From the NCBI GenBank assembly GCA_043228905.1, contig JBHGNT010000014.1, positions 868,001 to 932,000 on the forward strand: 64,000 nucleotides of DNA, written 5' to 3'. The notes under the pieces were generated by a model. It made no database searches and had not been told where the DNA came from. It saw nothing but the letters and a program-made list of their open reading frames with translations. The position numbers and the translations under genes are program-made. This document shows, one piece after another, positions 25,394 through 37,500 of this stretch (position 1 is its first letter; each line of letters opens with the position of its first letter). This DNA is from Azolla caroliniana. Taxonomy: Eukaryota; Plantae; Polypodiophyta.

Positions 25394-28300
25394 TGGGTAG
25401 TTCTCACTTCCCATCCGGAGGGACCTGTTTCCTAACATGTTGGGCAGCTTGCTTCAGTCCGTATAAGCTCTTCTTCAGCCGGCACACCAGGTGCTCCTTC
25501 CCTTTCTTCTCAAATCCTTCCGGTTTATGCATGTAGATCTCTTCTTCGAGGTCTCCATGTAGGAATGTCGTCTTGACGTTCAGTTGCTCTACCTCGAGGT
25601 CCATGCTAGCCGCTATGCCCAATACCATCCGAATGGATGTCATCTTTACTACCGGAGCAAAGATCTCAACGAAGTCCACTCCTTTCTTCTGCGGGAAGCC
25701 CTTCACCACGATTAGGGCCTTATACCTTGGTGGATTTCCGGCGTCTCCCGGTTTCACCTTGTACACCCACTTGTTTCGGAGTGCCCTCTTTCCTTTTAGC
25801 AACTCCACCAATTCGTATGTGTGGTTCTCATGCAGGGAATCCATCTCATCTTGCATGGCACTCAACCACTTGCGGTTGTGGGTGTCTCCCCTGCTTTCCG
25901 GCTCCCCCTCATTGGTTAGCAACACATGCTCTGCATCCGGAAATCTTAGGGGAGCTCTTCTCTCCCGGAGAGGATATCTCCGTCCTTGGTTTTTGACTGT
26001 CGGTTCCTCCGTTTGTTCCGAATTCGAATCCGAATCCGATTCGGGATCTTGTCCGGTACCGGTGTCTTCTTCTTCTTCGCTTGGTTCGGTTTCTTGTCCG
26101 TATCCAGCCGGTTTGTCGAGTGTCATCCGGTTACCGGCTAACATCCGGTTTTCAACCGGGTATATATCCTTTCATCCTCAAGCCGGTTTTCAATGGATGA
26201 TCCGGAGTTCATTACCTTCTTCTCCCACTCCCAGTCGGCAATGGTCCTATCTTCCATGAAGACTATGTCTCGACTCCAGAACACCTTTCTGTCGACCAGA
26301 TCCCACACCTGGTAACCGAACTCATCATCGTCCTATCCAAGGAATATGCATGGTTGGGACTTCGGATCCAGCTTTGCTCTCTTGTCCTTCACCACATGCA
26401 CGTATGCGAGACACCCGAACACCTTCAGATGCCGGTAAGATACATCTTTTGCCGGTCCATACCTTCTAAGGTGAGTCTCCTCCCAAGGGTATTGAGGATG
26501 ATCTGTTTATCACATAGGTAGACGTCATCAGCGCCTAAGCTCAAAACGTCTTGGGTAACTTGGCATGTGCGAGCATGCTCCGGACTCTCTCCATTATGGT
26601 CTGATTCATCCTTTCGGCCAACCCATTTAGTTCCAGCGTCTTTGGCACAGTGAATTCGAGCCGGATTCCCTTCGACCGGCAATACTCCTCGAACCGCCCC
26701 CGGTATTCTCCTCCGTTATCTGCTCAAATCGCTTTCAGCTTCCGGCATGTTTCTCTTTCCACTCTCGCGGGGAGCTCCTTGAAGACGGATAGCACTTGAT
26801 CCTTCGTCTTCAACGGTGAGACCCACAGCTTCCGGTTGTGGTCTTCTATGAACGTCACAAAGTACTGTGCTCCAGCATGTGACTTCGTGTCGACTTAACC
26901 CACATCGGTATGCACCAGCTCCAGTGGTGCATTCCGTCTCACCAATGGCCTTGATCGGAAGGAAGTTCAATTTTTCTTGCCAGCCAAGCAATTAGTGCAC
27001 TTCTCAAGTTGCACGTCCTTCACCGGAATGAGGTCGTCTTCGCAAGCCTCTTCATCCCCTTCTCACTCATGTGACACAGTCTTTTGTGCCACAGCTCACC
27101 GGCAATGTCGGATGCTACATTCACTTCTTCCCGGCATATCCGGGCATTCATCAACTACAGTGTGTTGACATTTCGGGCTCAAGCCACTATTAAGCTCCCT
27201 TTGTAGAACTTCATGACATCGTTCCGGATGCTACATGTGTAGACTTCATCATCTAGCCGACCGGTTGATATCATGTTCAGTCAAACCTCCAGAACGTGTC
27301 GGACATCCTTCAGCAGCAACTTGCATCCGGTTGATGTCGTCAACAACACATCTCCTATGCCGATAATTCCCCATCCAGACACAGTCGTGCTCACCGGTTG
27401 TGTAGGATGAGAAGCATTTCCGGTCCGGGGTAAGGTAGAACAACGCTCTGGAATCAACAACCCACATTGTCTCATCAACGGCAAGGTTCAACTCACTCTC
27501 CTCGGTGATGAGCATTAGTTCTTCTTCACTTGCCGTGATCGTAGTCGTTCCCTTCCGGTCCGGGCCTCACCAATCCGAACCGTTTTGGTCCAGTGACTTC
27601 TTCGAATCGGTACTGTCGGTTTCCTTGTCTTTCCAGAAATGCCGATAGTTCTTGTGGAAGTGCCCCGGCTTGCCGCAATAGAAGCAAGTGAGCCTCCCCC
27701 TTGACGTTGATCGTGTCCCGACTTTTCCCGGTTATGGGGACTCCGATTCCTTTGTCTTCCGCATTCCGATTCGGTAAGGAGGGCTTTGGCGTCGGAGATC
27801 ACCTCCTTGTCTTTCCGACGCACCTCTTCATCTAGCAAGCTCGACTTGACTCTTGCTAGGGATAGTTGTTTTCCTTCTAGCCCGGCATTGTCCAACGTGA
27901 CAACTAACGTCTCCCAGCTATCCAGGAGGGAACCAAGCAAGAGTAGACCAAGTACCTCATCAGCGAGAGGTACTTCCAACGAGATTTCTTGGTGTATCAA
28001 CCCCTGGAAGGCATTCATGTGCTCCGCCATACTGGAGCCATCTTGGTATCGGAGCCTCACTAGCTTCCAAAATACCGAAACCCGATTAACGGAATTCTTG
28101 TTCTAAAACATGATGCCGATCTTCTCCCAGAGTTCATGAGCCTTGCTCTCTTCATTGAAGTTGTTGTACAAGCTTATGTTGATGAAGCACCGGATGTATG
28201 TTGTCGTCTTCAGGTGCATCACCTCCCACACTGTGGCATCGATCTTATTCAGTCTCTTGTCCCCGAACTGAACCGGCAACCAAAGATCTTTAACCACTAG

Positions 28301-28817
28301 CATGTCCCTCATCTTCGACTTCCACACTGAGTAGATGGAGCCGGTGAGCTTGAACATGCCGCCAAATGACTCTTCCATTTGTTGTGTTGCTCGCTCTAAT
28401 ACCAGTTTGAATGGAATAGTGCTCGGCCACAACCGAGACTGAAAACAATTTGTGAAAGACCAAAAAACAGAAATGGAGATTCGTACACTTACACAGAAGA
28501 GACGACACGAGATTCTTACATGGAAAATCCTAATAGGGAAAAACCATGGGAGCCCACGGACTTCAACTATCACTATATATGAGAAAAGAGGTACAACAGG
28601 AGACTCAAAGGCAACGACCTCGAGCTCTATATCTTCGCCAACCAGCGGCTTCTCTTCTCTCTCGCTCTCTGTACAACGATGGCAACAACAAGAATGATCT
28701 ACCACTATAAAGTGATTGCCTAAGTCATATTTATACTTATATGATCTTAGGGCTATTTACAAATATAGCCTCAGTGGGCTTATCCTAACATATTTACAAA
28801 TATGTCCTTGGATCCGG

Positions 28818-29626
28818 TGTCCCGGAATTCCGCGCGTGCGTATCGAATAGGACAGGACCACGGGGGTCTTGGATAAGAGAGTGAGAGAAGGGAAAGAAGC
28901 TTCGGAGTTTAACCGAGAAGGGAAAGATTAAGGTTAGAGCGGTTAAGATTGGAGAGATTAAGATTAGAGGCATAACAAGACAAGATTCATCGAATGATTA
29001 TATTACGAAAACACCACATGAATTACAACCATGGCCGTGTAGGCCGAATGTAAACCCTCTAGATGAAACCCTAACCGGATAGGGGAAAAGAAGAAGAAGA
29101 AGAAGAAGAAGAAGAAGACGAATGAAACCCCTAAAATGAGATCCTAAAATCCAAAATTTTGAAACCCTAATGGCAACCCAAAGAAACCCAAATAGTGGAA
29201 GCCCCTCAAAAATGGCCCCTCACTCCCTTTTATAGTAGTAACGGGTTAGGAACATTACATAAAGATGAGTTCAAATCCCCCTTCTTTCAATGAGGGAATA
29301 TTTAGCCTTGATCTTAGGAGGAGAGATTGTTGGGGTCTTAACTCCCTCTCCTCTCACATTCACACACACCCACGCCCTCTACTTATTACACCGTACTTCC
29401 ATACACTCCCCTTTAGTCTACATGTGCATGAGCCCCTAAGTACACATTACCTTTATATTTCAGAAACTTTGTGGTGCCCTATTCGCACCTTATATTTTTA
29501 CCCTTCCCTTTACATTTTGTTACCTTTCCTATTTTACAAATTCCCTAAGTGCATGTGCAATGTTGCACATCCCCATTTTATTCATCCCACTTGGTTTTCT
29601 CACCATGGCCGAAAATCCTCACGACA
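28818..29626 (-). mobile_element. Solo LTR of the tRNA-Trp gypsy lineage inserted in the Copia A 5' LTR
   Basis: TGTCCCGG..TCACGACA; TSD CCGG/CCAG. The empty site GGATCCGGTTCGCACC is visible in the sister LTR at ~15418. Shares the GGACCA..GGGGTCTTGGA motif. Confidence 0.85.
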
Positions 29627-29767
29627 CCAGTTCGCACCGGATTCACTCGTTCCGGTTTGCGGATCTGACCCAGATCCCTCCCGGATCTGGTTTCTTTATC
29701 CGGTTCGTCCGATCCGGCTCCTCCGGTTCTCAACTAGATCCCATCTGGAGGGGCCAAATTCACAACA

Positions 29768-30444
29768 TATATGTCGTCGTAGAACCTGTACATCCGGTAA
29801 CAAACCGGTCAATTGCCAAAGAGAATATCGTGAATCTACGATCAAGCTGCCAATCGGCGAGCTCACGGATTCCCAAGCACGAGTAGGACCTTGCACCATA
29901 ACAGACTCTCTACCCAAGACGGAGCTCCCTAAAGAAACCCAAAAGTGGAGACCCCCTTACAAGAGACCCCTCCCTCGTTTTATAGCCCAAGGAGGGAGGT
30001 GCATTACAATGTGGGAGAATTACTTATCACAAACTAACCCTTAGTGCACACTAGCACCACATAGTCCTCTAGGCGTTACCTCTATATACTTTTTCTCATA
30101 TATGTGTGCACATGGTGACTTCGCAGTTTCCGCCCTTATCACTAGATTTTCACACAGTGGTCGTGATTCTTCACAACATGCACCCCCATCAAACCGCACA
30201 TCCGCCGATATGTGCCAAATTTTGTGAGGTGGAGAATCGCGTCATTAGTTAATACCACTTTCTGAACCTGGCCTTGTCTCGATCGGTGTCCTCCTGCCGT
30301 TGGCATGAACTGTCGGTTTTCGCTGGCCTGAACTATCGAGTCTTGCCGACCTCCTCCTCGGTCGGGAGTTCATTTCTCCGTTGCCCTTGTTTCTCCACTT
30401 CGAGCTCCTCCAACCTCTCCACCTGAACCACCGGCGCCACCCGA
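29768..30444. repeat. Direct duplicate of 14346-15017 (partial gypsy LTR to 30178 + PPT region)
   Basis: Collinear from TATATGTC.. to ..CCACC(C/T)CGA; abuts the Copia A ends on both sides. Confidence 0.85.
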
Positions 30445-31563
30445 TCCACCAAATCCTCCACACGCCCTCCGACTCACATCCCCATCCGATCCTTCCATGC
30501 GGCTTCTCGAACCACAATCTCCATTCGATTCGCCAAATTCTGCGTTCACACTTGATCTCCCTTTCGGCTTGAACAAAACTCCCGATCATCACTTTCGGAC
30601 CGACCAGTCTCCCTTCACTCTTCATGCCAGTTTCGAACCGACCGAGCACTCGTCCCGGCACCATCGTGTGTCGTCCTTTCTTTCTTGACCGCTTCCTATC
30701 GGCGTCGACCTTCTTTGAACACGTGCTCCTCTTTCAGCCCTTACGTGGCCACACTACACGTCTCTCGTTTCGTCCTATCACGCCGACATTCGTGCCAGTG
30801 CTACCCGCCTTGGTGTCCTTAATCGGCTCTTGTTACCGCTTCGTCTTGAGGCACACCCTCTCGGCCCACCAAGCCCGCTTAGACCCAAAACATCCTCCGG
30901 GATGCCCTATTCTCTCTTCTTGGTGCGTGATCAACCGTTCTCTACGCACCTCCTCCGTTTGCCCAAACACAACCCTCCGCTCGTGTTGTCCTTCATCCCC
31001 TACTTGCCTCTCGAAGGCCTGACCCAACCGTTATCGGTAATCACTCGTCGCGGCTCCTCCGAATACATGCTTGTCCCTTGGCCCTCAAGCGACCGTATTG
31101 TATGTGTTGTATTCCTTCCTTCACTCGTCGTAGAGCCGGTCCACGCTTCGGCCTCCCTCCCCTTCGTTGTCGTAGTCCTTTCATAACCCGATTGCCCCTC
31201 TTGGTCCCATTCGTCCATCATTCCGCACCGAATACCTCGTACGACATCCTCGTCTGCTTCGACTATCGACCACTCGCCGCCACCTTCCGTCTCCTCGGAC
31301 TTACGGTGGTCCGCAACCGCCGAAGTTTGAAGGTTAGGAGTGGAGAGTCCTTCCGTGCGCACCATCCTTTTCCAGTTGTTGCAACGCAACCACTTCAACG
31401 CATAGTCGGGTCGGTTCAACCATTCTTTCATTCAGCATCGACCGGCCCACTCCTGACCGGGTTCATGCTCAGTCGATCTGCCTCGATCGCCTCTTCGCCC
31501 CAGGTTGATCGTTCTTGCCTACATTGGGCCGGTCCTTCCTAAGCGACCCCTGCCTAGGTCGCG

Positions 31564-34500
31564 CTCCACCTAAATTAGAGGCTCAACCGGATTGTCCACC
31601 GACTAGACCAATTTCCGACTCCTCTTCCCAGGCCTCACACCTTGCCTTCACCTTCTCACAGATTACCTCCCGTCCACGTCTGTCTGCCTCGTTCGGGCCC
31701 GCCTCACCAACACCTCCCATCTCCTTGGTCTTATGTTGGCTCTTGGGCCCGATCGTTGATGTCTCCTGTGGCGGTATGGAGGAACCGCTCTGTCCATCCG
31801 CACTCTCGTCGCCATCTTCCGTCTCCTTGGTCTTATGTTCGCTCTCGGGCATAGTTGCCAAGGACTATAGAACCGGTGTGGGGAGACTCGTTCCTCCCCG
31901 TCCTTCTTCCCCGGGGCCTTCGAGCCCGCGTGTTCTTCTCCTCATTTCTTCCGGACATATCTGGATGCCATGGCTTGCCCACTCCGACCCACGATTAGGC
32001 CAGCCTCTATGACCTATCCGAATCGAAACCACCACAGTCCCGATTAGCGGTCCTTTCGCCTTCCATCCGGGTCGTCTCTTGGATACTTCCCATTTTTTGT
32101 GTGTTGCTACAACTTCGTCCTCGGCCCCTTTGTTGGCCAGCATTCCTCCGTACGTGCCCATATGGACCTTTTGCTTCTCGCCGCTAGCGCCCATCTCTCC
32201 GGTCTCACGTTGGCACACGGGCACAACCGCCGAAGTCTCCGACACCGGTGCAGAGAAAGCCTCAACTCCATCACTCGTCGACAACTTGTTCATAACCACC
32301 TCTGCCTCGACGTCGCCGCCCGTGGCCATCCCTTCCATGCAAGCTCTGACTGTGCTTGCCTCACTCTCGCTCGACATTTCGGACAATCGTGCCTGGACAC
32401 ACTCGTGCTCTCCCAAATCAGTGATCGTCGCCTCACCACCTGAATTAGAGGCTCAACTGGATCGTCCACCGATTGGACCGATTTCTTACTCCTCTTCCCG
32501 GGCCTCACGCCTTGCCTTCACCTTCTCGGAGCTTACCTCCCGTCCACATCCGTCGGCCTCGTTCTGGGCCGCCTCACCAACACCTCCCATCTCCTTGGTC
32601 TTACGTTAGCTCTTGGGCCCGATCGTTGATGTCTCCTGTCACGGTGTGGAGGAACCGCTCTGTCCATCCGCACTCTCGTCCCCTTCTTCCGTCTCCTTGG
32701 TCTTATGTTCTCTCTCGGGCATAGTTGCCAAAGACTCTAGAACCGGTGTGGGGAGACTTGTTCCCCCTTGTCCTTCTTCCCCGTGGCCTTCGAGCCCGCA
32801 CGTTCTTCTCCTCGTTTCTTCCAGACTTATCCGGATGCCACGGCTCGCCCACTCCGACCCACGATTAGGCCGGCCTCGATGACCTGTCCGGATCGAAACC
32901 ACCATAGTCCCAATTAGCGGTCCTTTCGCCTTCCATCCGAGTCGTCTCCTGGATACTTCCCATTTTTTGTGTGTTGCTACAGCTTCGTCCTCGGCCCCTT
33001 TGATGGCCAGCATTCCTCCGTACGCGCCCATATGGACCTTTTGCTTCTCACCGCTAGCGCCCATCTCTTCGGTCTCACGTTGGCACACAGGCACAACCGT
33101 CGAAGTCTCCGACACCGGTGCGGAGAAAGCCTCAACTCTATCACTTGCTGACAACTTGTTCATAACTTCCGTGCAAGCTCTGATTGTGTCTGCCTCGCTC
33201 TCACTCGACATTCCGAACAATCGTGTCTGGACACACTCGTGCTCTCCCAAATCAGTGATCGTCGCCTCACCACCTGAATTAGAGGCTCAACCGGATCATC
33301 CGCCGACTGGGCCGATTTCCGACTCCTCTTCCCGGGCCTCACGCCTTGCCTTCACCTTCTCGGAGCTTACCTCCCGTCCACGTCCGTCAGCCTCATTCTG
33401 GGCCGCCTCACCAACACCTCCCATCTCCTTGGTCTTACGTTAGCTCTTGGGCCCGATCGTTGATGTCTCCTGTCACGGTGTGGAGGAACCGCTCCGTCCA
33501 TCCGCACTCTCGTCCCCTTCTTCCGTCTCCTTGGTCTTATGTTCTCTCTCGGGCATAGTTGCCAAAGACTCTAGAACCGGTGTGGGGAGACTTGTTCCCC
33601 CTTGTCCTTCTTCCCCGTGGCCTTCGAGCCCGCACGTTCTTCTCCTCGTTTCTTCCAGACTTATCCGGATGCCACGGCTCGCCCACTCCGACCCACGATT
33701 AGGCCGGCCTCGATGACCTGTCCGGATCGAAACCACCATAGTCCCAATTAGCGGTCCTTTCGCCTTCCATCCGAGTCGTCTCCTGGATACTTCCCATTTT
33801 TTGTGTGTTGCTACAACTTCGTCCTCGGCCCCTTTGATGGCCAGCATTCCTCCGTACGCGCCCATATGGACCTTTTGCTTCTCACCGCTAGCGCCCATCT
33901 CTTCGGTCTCACGTTGCCAAACGGGCACAACCGTCGAAGTCTCCGACACCGGTGCGGAGAAAGCCTCAACTCTATCACTTGCTGACAACTTGTTCATAAC
34001 TTCCGTGCAAGCTCTGATTGTGTCTGCCTCGCTCTCACTCGACATTCCGAACAATCGTGTCTGGACACACTCGTGCTCTCCCAAATCAGTGATCGTCGCC
34101 TCACCACCTAAATTAGAGGCTCAACCGGATCATCCGCCGACTGGGCCGATTTCCGACTCCTCTTCCCGGGCCTCACGCCTTGCCTTCACCTTCTCGGAGC
34201 TTACCTCCCGTCCACGTCCGTCAGCCTCATTCTGGGCCGCCTCACCAACACCTCCCATCTCCTTGGTCTTACGTTAGCTCTTGGGCCCGATCGTTGATGT
34301 CTCCTGTCACGGTGTGGAGGAACCGCTCTGTCCATCCGCACTCTCGTCCCCTTCTTCCGTCTCCTTGGTCTTATGTTCTCTCTCGGGCATAGTTGCCAAA
34401 GACTCTAGAACCGGTGTGGGGAGACTTGTTCCCCCTTGTCCTTCTTCCCCGTGGCCTTCGAGCCCGCACGTTCTTCTCCTCGTTTCTTCCAGACTTATCC

Positions 34501-37500
34501 GGATGCCACGGCTCGCCCACTCCGACCCACGATTAGGCCGGCCTCGATGACCTGTCCGGATCGAAACCACCATAGTCCCAATTAGCGGTCCTTTCGCCTT
34601 CCATCCGAGTCGTCTCCTGGATACTTCCCATTTTTTGTGTGTTGCTACAGCTTCGTCCTCGGCCCCTTTGATGGCCAGCATTCCTCCGTACGCGCCCATA
34701 TGGACCTTTTGCTTCTCACCGCTAGCGCCCATCTCTTCGGTCTCACGTTGGCACACGGGCACAACCGTCGAAGTCTCCGACACCGGTGCGGAGAAAGCCT
34801 CAACTCTATCACTTGCTGACAACTTGTTCATAACTTCCGTGCAAGCTCTGATTGTGTCTGCCTCGCTCTCACTCGACATTCCGAACAATCGTGTCTGGAC
34901 ACACTCGTGCTCTCCCAAATCAGTGATCGTCGCCTCACCACCTAAATTAGAGGCTCAACCGGATCATCCGCCGACTGGGCCGATTTCCGACTCCTCTTCC
35001 CGGGCCTCACGCCTTGCCTTCACCTTCTCGGAGCTTACCTCCCGTCCACGTCCGTCAGCCTCATTCTGGGCCGCCTCACCAACACCTCCCATCTCCTTGG
35101 TCTTACGTTAGCTCTTGGGCCCGATCGTTGATGTCTCCTGTCACGGTGTGGAGGAACCGCTCTGTCCATCCGCACTCTCGTCCCCTTCTTCCGTCTCCTT
35201 GGTCTTATGTTCTCTCTCGGGCATAGTTGCCAAAGACTCTAGAACCGGTGTGGGGAGACTTGTTCCCCCTTGTCCTTCTTCCCCGTGGCCTTCGAGCCCG
35301 CACGTTCTTCTCCTCGTTTCTTCCAGACTTATCCGGATGCCACGGCTCGCCCACTCCGACCCACGATTAGGCCGGCCTCGATGACCTGTCCGGATCGAAA
35401 CCACCATAGTCCCAATTAGCGGTCCTTTCGCCTTCCATCCGAGTCGTCTCCTGGATACTTCCCATTTTTTGTGTGTTGCTACAGCTTCGTCCTCGGCCCC
35501 TTTGATGGCCAGCATTCCTCCGTACGCGCCCATATGGACCTTTTGCTTCTCACCGCTAGCGCCCATCTCTTCGGTCTCACGTTGGCACACGGGCACAACC
35601 GTCGAAGTCTCCGACACCGGTGCGGAGAAAGCCTCAACTCTATCACTTGCTGACAACTTGTTCATAACTTCCGTGCAAGCTCTGATTGTGTCTGCCTCGC
35701 TCTCACTCGACATTCCGAACAATCGTGTCTGGACACACTCGTGCTCTCCCAAATCAGTGATCGTCGCCTCACCACCTAAATTAGAGGCTCAACCGGATCA
35801 TCCGCCGACTGGGCCGATTTCCGACTCCTCTTCCCGGGCCTCACGCCTTGCCTTCACCTTCTCGGAGCTTACCTCCCGTCCACGTCCGTCAGCCTCATTC
35901 TGGGCCGCCTCACCAACACCTCCCATCTCCTTGGTCTTACGTTAGCTCTTGGGCCCGATCGTTGATGTCTCCTGTCACGGTGTGGAGGAACCGCTCTGTC
36001 CATCCGCACTCTCGTCCCCTTCTTCCGTCTCCTTGGTCTTATGTTCTCTCTCGGGCATAGTTGCCAAAGACTCTAGAACCGGTGTGGGGAGACTTGTTCC
36101 CCCTTGTCCTTCTTCCCCGTGGCCTTCGAGCCCGCACGTTCTTCTCCTCGTTTCTTCCAGACTTATCCGGATGCCACGGCTCGCCCACTCCGACCCACGA
36201 TTAGGCCGGCCTCGATGACCTGTCCGGATCGAAACCACCATAGTCCCAATTAGCAGTCCTTTCGCCTTCCATCCGAGTCGTCTCCTGGATACTTCCCATT
36301 TTTTGTGTGTTGCTACAGCTTCGTCCTCGGCCCCTTTGATGGCCAGCATTCCTCCGTACGCGCCCATATGGACCTTTTGCTTCTCACCGCTAGCGCCCAT
36401 CTCTTCGGTCTCACGTTGGCACACGGGCACAACCGTCGAAGTCTCCGACACCGGTGCGGAGAAAGCCTCAACTCCATCACTTGCTGACAACTTGTTCATA
36501 ACTTCCGTGCAAGCTCTGATTGTGTCTGCCTCGCTCTCACTCGACATTCCGAACAATCGTGTCTGGACACACTCGTGCTCTCCCAAATCAGTGATCGTCG
36601 CCTCACCACCTGAATTAGAGGCTCAACCGGATCATCCGCCGACTGGGCCGATTTCCGACTCCTCTTCCCGGGCCTCACGCCTTGCCTTCACCTTCTCGGA
36701 GCTTACCTCCCGTCCACGTCCGTCAGCCTCATTCTGGGCCGCCTCACCAACACCTCCCATCTCCTTGGTCTTACGTTAGCTCTTGGGCCCGATCGTTGAT
36801 GTCTCCTGTCACGGTGTGGAGGAACCGCTCTGTCCATCCGCACTCTCGTCCCCTTCTTCCGTCTCCTTGGTCTTATGTTCTCTCTCGGGCATAGTTGCCA
36901 AAGACTCTAGAACCGGTGTGGGGAGACTTGTTCCCCCTTGTCCTTCTTCCCCGTGGCCTTCGAGCCCGCACGTTCTTCTCCTCGTTTCTTCCAGACTTAT
37001 CCGGATGCCACGGCTCGCCCACTCCGACCCACGATTAGGCCGGCCTCGATGACGTGTCCGGATCGAAACCACCATAGTCCCAATTAGCGGTCCTTTCGCC
37101 TTCCATCCGAGTCGTCTCCTGGATACTTCCCATTTTTTGTGTGTTGCTACAGCTTCGTCCTCGGCCCCTTTGATGGCCAGCATTCCTCCGTACGCGCCCA
37201 TATGGACCTTTTGCTTCTCACCGCTAGCGCCCATCTCTTCGGTCTCACGTTGGCACACGGGCACAACCGTCGAAGTCTCCGACACCGGTGCGGAGAAAGC
37301 CTCAACTCTATCACTTGCTGACAACTTGTTCATAACTTCCGTGCAAGCTCTGATTGTGTCTGCCTCGCTCTCACTCGACATTCCGAACAATCGTGTCTGG
37401 ACACACTCGTGCTCTCCCAAATCAGTGATCGTCGCCTCACCACCTAAATTAGAGGCTCAACCGGATCATCCGCCGACTGGGCCGATTTCCGACTCCTCTT

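Larger units (their letters stand above)
19915..25437 (-). mobile_element. Near-complete Tork-like Copia element C (3' LTR ~19915-20601, 5' LTR 24689-25437)
   Basis: Highly similar LTR pair; PBS TGGTATCAGAGCGA 24672-24685; PPT 20602-20618; gag and pol in PR-IN-RT-RH order. Confidence 0.92.
15018..29767 (-). mobile_element. Tnt1/Tork-like Copia element A (3' LTR 15018-15574, 5' LTR 28408-29767) with nested insertions
   Basis: Matching LTRs ending AAATTCACAACA. PPT 15575-15591; PBS TGGTATTAGAGCGA 28391-28404. Gag MFKLTGS.YSVWKSKMRDMLVVKDLWLPV; degenerate IN, RT and RNase H. Confidence 0.8.

Noticed and set aside
29768-30178. A separate second gypsy element implied by a third LTR
   Set aside because: No PBS or own TSD; its limits coincide with the Copia A ends, so it is better explained as a duplication (not fully excluded).
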